Positions 12,301-22,320 of a stretch of 64,000 nucleotides of DNA are shown here, piece by piece. The stretch covers positions 14,074,001 through 14,138,000 of the forward strand of contig OZ365113.1 in NCBI GenBank assembly GCA_977030845.1, read 5' to 3'. This DNA is from Fimbriosthenelais zetlandica. Its lineage: Eukaryota. Under the pieces are notes generated by a model. That model did no database searches. It had not been told where the DNA came from and saw only the letters and a program-made list of their open reading frames with translations. Positions within the stretch are counted from its first letter, which is position 1, and each line of letters starts with the position of its first letter. Both the position numbers and the translations under genes were made by a program.

Positions 12301-15300
12301 GATCAGAAACTTCCTTCCTCACAATCTGTGAATAACAAGACTGGTGAAAAACCTTCCGGGTTTTGCCAGGAAAATAACCAATTTGTGTGGGGTTTTTTTC
12401 AGCAGTTGGTCTGTCTGGAAATTAATCAGGGGAACAGACATTAAAGGCAAGCCCCGGCATCAGTATCTGATGACAAGAACAAGGCTCTAATCAGTAGTAG
12501 CCTGATCAGCCAGATAGTAATGGCCCGAGGCCAAGCAGGCTGTAGGCCTTGGTGAACATACATTGAGGGAAATGTCAGTGGTAAGGGGAGTAAGGGAGAG
12601 GAAATGATAGAGATATTGAGAGGAGGGAACAGAGAGAACAGACAAATGAACAGTCGGAATGGGGTTCTGAAATTGACTGGACTCCTGGGTGGTGAGCAAT
12701 AGGTTATCAGTACAATGAAATCTCTGTAATTAGTTACATAACATTACAATTTTCGGTAAATATATTACCCCAGTGATATCATTTATTGGTGGTCATTGCA
12801 ATTCAGGTTCTGGTAGCTGGAACCCCTATTAGTATCTACACTAATATTGTGTATTATGGCAGGCAACCAGCTTTATCCTCATTTCCGCTCGCTCCATGCA
12901 CCTGAGACTAACCCAGGAGGCCTGAAATGGAGGTCAAGCACATCTATTCATCGTTTAGTGAGTGCAGATCATTATTGCCCCCTGTATCGACCCAGGGTTA
13001 TTCACGGAACCAGGAGACCTTCACATCTTATACATTAAAGTATAGGTAGCCAACCACAAGAGACTTCACCTCAATATGGATGAATATATCCCTCGACCTA
13101 GAGCAGAAAGAATAAGTCCATTGAAAAGACTGTATGCTGCAAATTACCTAGCTCGCTCGCAATAATATTCATTCAATCCAAGACTCCATAATGGTTGGTT
13201 TTTCCTCCAGCCATTGTTAATTTGCTCCTAAATGATGGGATGTGCTTTTACATTCTCCCTCAGGCAATTAATCACAGAAGTTACAATTGTTGCAGCATTC
13301 TTTCCCAGATGAGTAATGACTATGGCGGACTTTAAGTAACGTAATCTTAGCTGATAAGGACCGAGTCTGATTACAGTGTCCCATTCCTACCAGCCATCAT
13401 CAGAACTATCTGATGGAAATGGATTTCACTGCTGAACCAATATCACCAGTCTTATCAGCGCACGTGGGTGGGGAATATTGTATCTATTCAGATACAGGGG
13501 ATGTGTCCCTACAGGCCCAGCCAAGCTATAGGTCTACATAGATCCAGTTCCAGCAGAAAAAACAACAACTACCACATGTGGATGTTATCGCAGAATCATT
13601 TGCATTGATCACCGATGCAGAAAAATGACGAGATGAGCCCGTTGTCTTGTAGGACATTACAAATTGAACAATAGTCTCTGGGTGGTTTCACAAACCAGAC
13701 TAGTTAGTATTTCAATTGTTCTTGAAATATGTCACACGTCAGTAACAATATGGGCTCAAATAAAATTTGCACCATTTGATATTTTCTGGGCTGTTCAGTG
13801 TAAAGCCAGATGAATGGTCCGCAAAAGAATAATTGGGAGGGACATAAAGAGGATACTAAAACTATTTTAGAGTGGCTTATATGCACGTCTACATTGTTTT
13901 ATTGTAGATTTTCAATTTTAACAGGCTGATGGAAATTTAAATATTTCCCTCCGCTTCCCACATTAAAGGGATTACACTCCGGGATTCTGAGCATTTCTTT
14001 ATAGACGTTTCTGTATACAGTGTGGTTGAGGCCTGACAACAGCAAGCACAGTAAGGCTTAGTTTCTGAGCAATGGCTCGCGCCAGGCTCGTGACAGGCAG
14101 TGCTGTCCATTACGTTGACAGTTCCCATTATAGTGCAAGGTTTATTCAGCCAGTAGAAAATTGCCGCGCTTGCCAACGGCTCAGAGTTTTAAGGCTTTCT
14201 ATCAGTTATTGGCAGTAATAGGTCAGGAAATATTGTCATTAAATGTCAGGTTCCCCTCATATAGTATATGTATCGCTTAATATGTTCATACAGATCGAAA
14301 GTGTTTTTCAGTATGCATGCAAGAGATTGCACATGCTTTCAATATGACATTGTACTATAACTTGTGTGTCCTGTTATTGGGTATTGGGTAGACCAATATG
14401 GATAGCATTCGATCATGGGGCAAGGTCAGCAAGAAGGAATTGACCTACAGATTATGAAAAATGAGACAAATCACCCACAAGCCTATCTCTGGGGTTCCAA
14501 CTCTAAATGCTAAGCCGTACGTACTATGGTGGGGTCGATCATGTGGACCATGTTTGCATGGCCAGAAGGACAGGACTCTACATCTCGGTTTGAAAAACGC
14601 ACATTTCTATTCGATAGCAGTGGGCTATGGCCAAACAAGCCAAGCCAGAATTTCCTCAAGAGACAGGAGTTCCTGACCGAACCATCATTTTTCTTTTTGC
14701 CCACCCCAGCACTGCACATCACCACCAGGATGCGCAACCCCACATCCCATGGCAATCTCTGGCATAGTAAATCCCCAGCTACAAATAGTCCATGGTTGGA
14801 GCCGTTACAAAGCAGACATAGGTGCCGCCTGTTGGCCACTGATTATATAGCCGAGCAATATTATGGTGATTTATGTCAAATGTAGGGTCCATTTCTTATC
14901 ACCATAAAGTGCTGGCCACATGTAATATTGGCAAAATATCATAGAGTCAATATGACTGCATGTCATCAGGTCATTGATACTGGTCTTTGGCAGCTCGCAT
15001 TCTGCCCTCAGCTTCTGATACCACCTCAGTCAAGTTTGAGGGTGTAATTTCCAGAAAAAACGATTGAGCTTTATTAGATATATCTGATGGTCCCAGACAC
15101 GTTGATGATTCACCAGAAAACATAGAGATTTATTCCTCGGGTTCCTATGATGTATATAGACCAAAGAAGACGCCTCTCAGGATACATCAGTTTCCAGTCA
15201 GGAACCACCATCTTGACGTCCTACATGGGCCTGGCCATACATAGATGGGTAAATACACAGTAATAGCAGTTTACTCAGACTTACATTTCCTTCTTGGCCA

Positions 15301-18300
15301 TTAAAAGCTGCTTGCAGCTTAATACAGCCTTGTCGTGACTCATAGCAATGGCTGGAGGTGTTACATTATTGATGGGGCATGTTGGCAAGCTGCCAAGTGT
15401 AACAAAACTATCTTTTCTCATTGCTTGTCCGACTCACCGATCAGCCATTGGGTTGACACAGGTAATTGGGTGGAATTGCAACATTCAGCTGGCCTTAGGT
15501 CAGTTTCTGCATATTTTGTCTTTTCTTATGTCAGAGATGACGTTGCTAATTGTCAACACATCTAGCTCCACAGCTAGAATGCTTAATGTTCATGGGACAC
15601 AATGAATAATAAATGTTGTACCAGATTTCGCTGGTCCTGGAGGAAAGACATTCATGGTTTTTACTAAAATAAAAAAAATGTGGAAAATGATATACTTTAT
15701 ATTAGTATAATATTGTTGTTACAATCTAAAGCAATTACAGACCCGAAGAAGATCCAAAGTAAGATTGCTTTAATTATGCTTTAGAATGTAGACATTACTC
15801 ATAACTGACAATAACTCTCATACTCCTGTCATTACGTGGCACTGGTCTCCCTTGTCTGTAACATGAAGGCATTTAGAATCAGCACATAGAAGCTGCGCCC
15901 AGAATCGGCCAAAGAATTTAAGGTCAACACAATTAACCTTATTATCTGATGTCTGTCTATCTTTAACGAATCAAACGTGCTGGGTGACAATATTTGATGA
16001 ATCATGCAGCAAAAAAACTGTTGAATTCACAAGTAGGTTATCCAGAAAGAAAATTACTTGTTCTTTTTTCGCGACTTAAGTTATGTTGAGAAAACTGCTG
16101 AAAGGTCATGAGTTTTAAAGTGTAAAAAACTATTTCCAACCCAGTCTTTGTTGGGATTGATTGCTGCAAGGAGCACTGGATCTGAATTGTGAATTTCAAT
16201 CGGCTTAACATGTAAAATTTGATACCAATATATGAATAATTTATTTCATCATTGAATGTCAGCTAATAGCTAATGGAATATTCAAGTGGTAAACGTCTAA
16301 GCTGAATATTGTCAAATGTTTCATAATGAAATACTTCCTAGTATTTTTTACATTTCCATGTCTAATAGGATGTTCTGTACACTCATAAGGTATGGTAGAA
16401 CCAGGACATATTAGACAGACTTAATAATAGCCTCAGTATATTGTTGAGCCTAATGAGTGAGTGGACTGCCATGACATGTCATGGTACCTGTAGGCAGGAG
16501 ATCGTGACTTCCTGTTTGCAGCCTTTTTGACATTTCCCTTTTCTGTGTTGTAATAACCACGAGGCAATATGAGAGGCACCTTGCTATCAGGTCCTGGCAT
16601 CAAGTCTCCTCCAAAAAAGTTATCCTCGCATAAACAAGGTCATGTAAGGATACAATATTTCTGAAACCTACAAGTGGATAAAAAGGTTATATTTCACACA
16701 TAGGTTTGACATATTGTGGTTGAAGTACATGTATGTGCTGCATTATGTCACGGAGCAGGCATCATGTGGGCATCTCCCGTGTCTCTTCAGCATGTATATT
16801 GTCACTAACACCCACCAGATTGCCCACAGCGTAATGATGAGAATCGTTAGGACATGAAGACAGAGCTTTTAACTCAGGAACAGTGCGAGTCAGGCCGTGT
16901 AGTTTAATGCAAATACCCGATAGAGTGAATACTGAGCATAGGCAATCGAACACTGCGGCCTGCCTTGCTGGCCCTGCGCTCTACAAGCCTTGCTACTCAT
17001 GGATCCAGTCAACAGATCGATAAGGGTAGCGATCAATACGATCAAACAAAACCCTGTGTATAAAGCCTCCATTCAGCCACCATTGAACACCCCTCCCTCC
17101 CACTCAGCTCCTCTTCCCTCGGGAACAACTGGGTCAGTTTGATTCCTCAAGGGAGTTGCTATATAGCATACATATATAAAATGTGCTGAGCGCTCACCAA
17201 AGTATCAGCTTATAAATTATTCTTCAGGGTATATAGGCATAATATATATTATGGGTACTTGTTCTATAATGCTTTGAAGTAGACAATGACCATTTTAAAA
17301 GCCAAATGGTTGTCATTGCTTTGTGGCAAATACACACAGTTAATTCATTCAGTTATTGTTTTATGTCTCCGTGTCATTCAATAAATTAAACAAGTTATAT
17401 ACCATTTTCTTGGCAATTGATGAGGAAAACAATCTACATCAAAGGTCAAAATCTGTCAGTAATGATTCCTTTAAAACATTCAATTATCAGGGGATATGAC
17501 TATTTTTGTAATGTCACCATATTCATGTGTTTGCTTCCGTCTTGAGGCAAACATGAGGCCTGGGTGTAATGAAGAAGAACTGACAGGGAAACATGCCAAG
17601 TTGAACATCTGTTATAGCCTGATGGTGTTTGTGGTCCTCTTTGGCTGATAACCTCAGACCTTACTGAGCCACTCTTGGCAGGAGCATATTGCTGAAAGTA
17701 GGTCGTATTTGTGATGGCGGATGGATATCGATCGATTAGTCCGAGTAGGTTGTGTCTAGGCATGGGATGTACATGAATGTCACACGGTCTTAGTTTGCTG
17801 TGATGTGACAGTTAAATACTGTACCCCGACTCCATCAGCACTATACCCATCCTACATCCACCCACCCACCATGATCGCACGCACATCGACTGACAACCAC
17901 ACCTACACTTTCTACTTCATAGTTCACCCAATTGCCTTCACAAGTCGATTCTCCATTAAAAAACATGCATGCAGGGATTTACCACTGCAGTCCACATTGC
18001 ATGACTCTGAATAGTTGCTAGCATTAAATTCAGAATAATGGAAGTATTTGAAAAAAAGATTAAGGAGTCATGCAATCTAGGTCATTTGGTGCACTGCAGT
18101 CCTATCCCAAGTGGGCGGCAAACCAACAGGCGTAGTGTTGGCCAAATGGAACTACATAATGTTGAATGCGGCAATTTCAAAAGTAAAATTGATATCAAAG
18201 AACCTATAGATGGCTTGTTTGCGGTGCTGCTTCCATGCATTAGCATGATGGATGGGAAATGTTGTGAGAGTGAGCAGACACGGTCTCAATCATTCCCTCT

Positions 18301-18968
18301 CACCGCTACTCACCAAACCCGTCCTCAATCATACCAACTAAAGCTTCTCATCATAGACAATGGTGGATAATCAATGATTGATAAGGCACAGTCATGCTTC
18401 AGTGCATGATTCCGGCCAGAATACCTGTTAAACTCCCACTACCTCGGTTACAATGAAAAAAGTGGAATAAGATTGAACCCCTTATGAACAATACAACGGC
18501 AATATTATCTGGACTGTTGAGCAATCAAATTTAGGTCAATGATTATGCCGAGAGAGAATAATGAACAACCTATTAGCGGTTGTATTTAATTCCTGTGTCC
18601 TCTCGTGTATACTTGCTGATCTTTAGAAGTTTGATTATGACTGCTTGAATGTTGGCCTTGTATTTGTATTTGGCTGAAAACCTCATTGCATTTATTCACA
18701 AATTGTACATGAGGTCTGTGAACCTTTTCTTTTACTAATCTTTGAATCTGTTCCCCTGTAATAGCCTTAACACATTATCTCGTGCTAATTGTTAGTTGAA
18801 TCTATTTTTTTCATCTTCTATCAAATTAACCACCAGTACACCGATTGAACACTTATTGAACACCTACATATGGGTAGAATTGACATCAGAGGATAATATC
18901 AAATAATTTGTAAATAATTAAACCCGATCGTTTTCAAAATTATAAGATAAGATAGTATGTTATCTCAC

Positions 18969-19555
18969 CTAAGCCTTTGTGTTTCTTCCTCCTGCATCAT
19001 ACGGGCACGAGCCATGACAGCAGCAATCTGTGAGCGTTCCTCCTCACTCAGATGACTGAGGTCCACCTCTGGAGGTTCAATGGGAGACAGATTACACAGG
19101 GAGGACACAGAACTCCTCCTCGACATTCGACCTGGAGGAACTGGGCTTGGACCTGGAGGTACAGGGCTAGGTCCTTGAGGTAACATACCTCCTTGTCCTA
19201 CACCTGAGGCAGCCCCTGCTGCTGGTTGGGGGGTAATGGGCCGAGATCCAGTCTCCATAGCTAGACCTAGGCTTGAGGCTTGTATTCCTGATGCACCAGC
19301 TATCATGCCACTCGGGTCACCTCCCACATGTTGGCCATGGATTCCAGTTTGTAAGTCTCCTTGCCCTGGAGGTGGTGGTGGTGGAGGTAAGGGGTGTTCT
19401 AGTATTATATGTCCAGAATCAGTAGTGGATGGAGCAGCAGCTGGAGGAATACCAGCAACTGCTGAGTGCTGAGCAGCGACAGCAGTAGCGTAATCTGATG
19501 ATGACGGGCTTATACCTTCTGCAGCTCCCTCGGGTAAACTCGTCTCGTTCCCCAT
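18969..19555 (-). CDS. PCLO: Piccolo-like presynaptic scaffold, first coding exon
   Basis: ATG at 19555 with an in-frame TAA 21 nt upstream (the ORF track starts at a TTG). Reads MGNETSLPEGAAEG...EPPEVDLSHLSEEERSQIAAVMARARMMQEEETQRLR, closely matching vertebrate Piccolo as I recall it (MGNEASLEGEGLPEG...ADLSQLSEEERRQIAAVMSRAQ). Ends at phase-2 donor CTTAG|GTGAGA. Confidence 0.9.
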
Positions 19556-20639
19556 CTCCAATCTCGACTTTTATTACTCTGCTCCACTCCCTCTACTCAT
19601 TTGGTGTCTTATCACTGGCTGTCATAATTACAGATCATATCACAATGTGATGTGAGCGAATGTTCATGCATTTAACGTTTAAATGCTCATTTAAATTTAC
19701 TCAAAAACGAGCATGCTGTAACCCATATGGAGGCCATTGTAATTGCCCCTTACATATAGAGGGTTATCGTTTATATTATATTCATTACGGCAATTCATAC
19801 ATACAACCATATTCATTACGGTAAATCATGTATGCATGGAGGCTGATATGAATGTCAATATTTATTGGCATTTTACCGTCAGTGGTTGAGACATGATGCC
19901 CTGCATAGTTATTAATACCAGTATGTGGCCTTCGTTCTCACCCCAGCCACTGATGGCCTCCAAGCTGTTATTTCATAATAGGTTCTCATAAACTGCTCGT
20001 TTAACGCTTGATGAAGTCCCCCCAGCTCAACCTGAGGGCAATTACTGCTGATGCACCAGAAGAAAATAACATTGAGAGGGAGGATGTCATTTCTTGCCTG
20101 TAATTCACATTGTTACTAGTTAATGCTTGGCCTAATACAATTGTCCTAAGGCGAGCATACAGAAATGTGTTGGTATCCAACTCATGATTGATTGATATTC
20201 AGATACTGCAATAATAGTTTTGCTATTCTGTTCTGTACTCCTGAGAATGATGGTGGCCATCAACGACCAATACCTATTCATGCACTGGGAAGTCCTACAT
20301 GCCTATCAACCAAAATCAGAGCAAGTCCCTACTCTGCTTCATACATAGCACAGGTGCAATCAACTCTACAGTGTTAATATTCCAAAGCCAAGCACTGGTT
20401 GTTTCAATGGCAAAGTTTTATACTCTCACCACACAACTAGCCAATGGCATGATCCACATAGACACGCACGTTAGGAATTATATATGGTGTAGGTATAAGG
20501 CATAGGGCTCACTATCGGCTCTGTGCAAAGCTTCCTCAGGAGATTTATCCTGAACCACTGGAGTGTTTACCAATAAATCCTCCCATGCAGTCTACTTGGA
20601 CATTTCCACCGCTAGACGTGGCTCTCTTATATATTGGTG

Positions 20640-22320
20640 ATGGTAGTGAAGCTACGTATTGTTACCCCTTATCATTTCCAACCATTCACCTCCTTCATCT
20701 CCTCTCCTCCTCCTCTTCCTCCTCCTCCTAGGCCAACGACAAGAATGGCTTCACATCCCTTCACCTAGCACTGATAGCCCCACCACAGCTTCCTCTCCTC
20801 CTTCTCCTCCTCCAGGGTTGTGCTGTGAAAACACCACCTCTCTTCCTCATCCTCCAGTAACCTCCCTTCTACAGATCCCATCCTTCGCGGGGTCCCTGTA
20901 TACTCCTATGTATGTACTATGCATTATAGATGAAGAACTTGCAGTGGGAGAATGGCTTTCGATTCCTCAGTGGCCATTAGTAAAAAGCCTATGTACAATA
21001 GACCTAAACGGTGATTGTCCAGGTGGTGGGTGGTGGTGGTGGTGGTTGGTGGTGGTGGAGGAGCTAAGGCCTGCTGTTCTGTAGTGGATGTTCTGAAGCA
21101 GCATAGACTGCTGCTTGGCTGCTGGCCTGCTAGAGCCGATAGCAGGAGAAACTCACTTGTCAGCAGCAGCAGCAGTTGTAGCAGCAGCAGTGGCTTCCAT
21201 TGCTTTTGCAATGCTCAGGCCTCACAACAGCAGATGCCAGACTCTCTACAATGCTTTACACATAGGCAGCAATAGTGATCTTCATACAGCAGCTGTAAAA
21301 GCAGATGAAGGGACGGCTGCAACATTAGCAGCAGCAGAGGTAGTGCCAGCAGCAACAGCAGCAATGTTCACTCTCCACCCACTATAGTCCCCTCTCTTTC
21401 TCATTGCCTTTCTGCAGATTGTATTGCTTTGGCCGGAGCAGGCAATGGGTGAGAGCCCAGCAAAGCAGAAGCCGAACCTGAAGTAGCAAGCTGAAGCAGA
21501 TGTTTTCCAATGGTGTTGAATCCGGCGGCGGCAGATGAAGCAGCGTTGGACAGAGTATCTGTGTCGGAGTCTGTGAGCAGCACAGGGTTCCAGCAGCCAC
21601 ACTACTGAGGGAAGCCACCGGCAACTCTGCTTCTGCCACAGCAGCACATCCAATGACCTCAGATCCAGTAGACACTCCTCCTCTGCCCATCTCTCCTCTT
21701 CTCTCCTCTCTTCCTAATCCTCCTCCTCATTCTCTTCTCACAATCCTGTAAGCGAACAATCCTGCAACCCTTCATCCCGAACTCTTGATACAAACCCATA
21801 TATGAGAAGCAATCCTATATATACCTGTGAAATTTTTTCTTTAAACACAACTATCTCTCTTCACCTCACCTGATTACCTGATTCCCGTTTGAGGAGGATT
21901 CTCGATGAACTTGCTGGCAAAGCTGCAACAAGGCTGGTGTAGGGTAGGGTTACCTGCTGGAGGGGCCACACTTAAAACCTGGCCATACGGTGTCGACAAC
22001 AGGCAGGCACCATGTGTTAGAGAAGGCTGGGGAGTCAGCAGTGGCGGCCGTTGGTTCTCACTGAATGCTTGGCTTCACCACTGGGCTTCTCTATGTGTCC
22101 CCATCATCATCCTCCTCCCCCTCTCTCCTCTCTCCCTACTCTTCCTCCTCTCTACTACCACCCCACACCCTCAACACCACCTAGTACAGGGAGAATGGCA
22201 AGCATGCAGAGCGGATCAGGCATTAATGAATGTTGGTGGGTGGTTTGGAGGTGGTGGGAGTATTATAGTGGCAGAGGGGGTTGTGGTCTGCCTTGGCTGA
22301 TGGGCATTGGGGGAAAGTAG
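20640..22320. repeat. GC-enriched low-complexity block with (CCT)n, (GGT)n, (CAG)n and CT-rich tracts
   Basis: Runs at about 20695-20730, 21025-21060, 21160-21190, 21690-21740 and 22110-22150 generate many overlapping low-complexity ORFs on both strands. Confidence 0.8.

Noticed and set aside
14461-14885. Overlapping 109-119 aa ORFs, one with LFVAGDL resembling an APE motif
   Set aside because: The GDFN motif is incomplete and other endonuclease motifs are absent.
10562-18314. Other minus-strand donors with upstream ATGs (about 10565, 17660, 18313)
   Set aside because: They show that ATG-to-donor mini-exons arise readily by chance; used only as a base-rate caution.
20659-22320. Long overlapping ORFs in the ORF track treated as standalone genes
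   Set aside because: Produced by trinucleotide repeats on both strands; no domain support.
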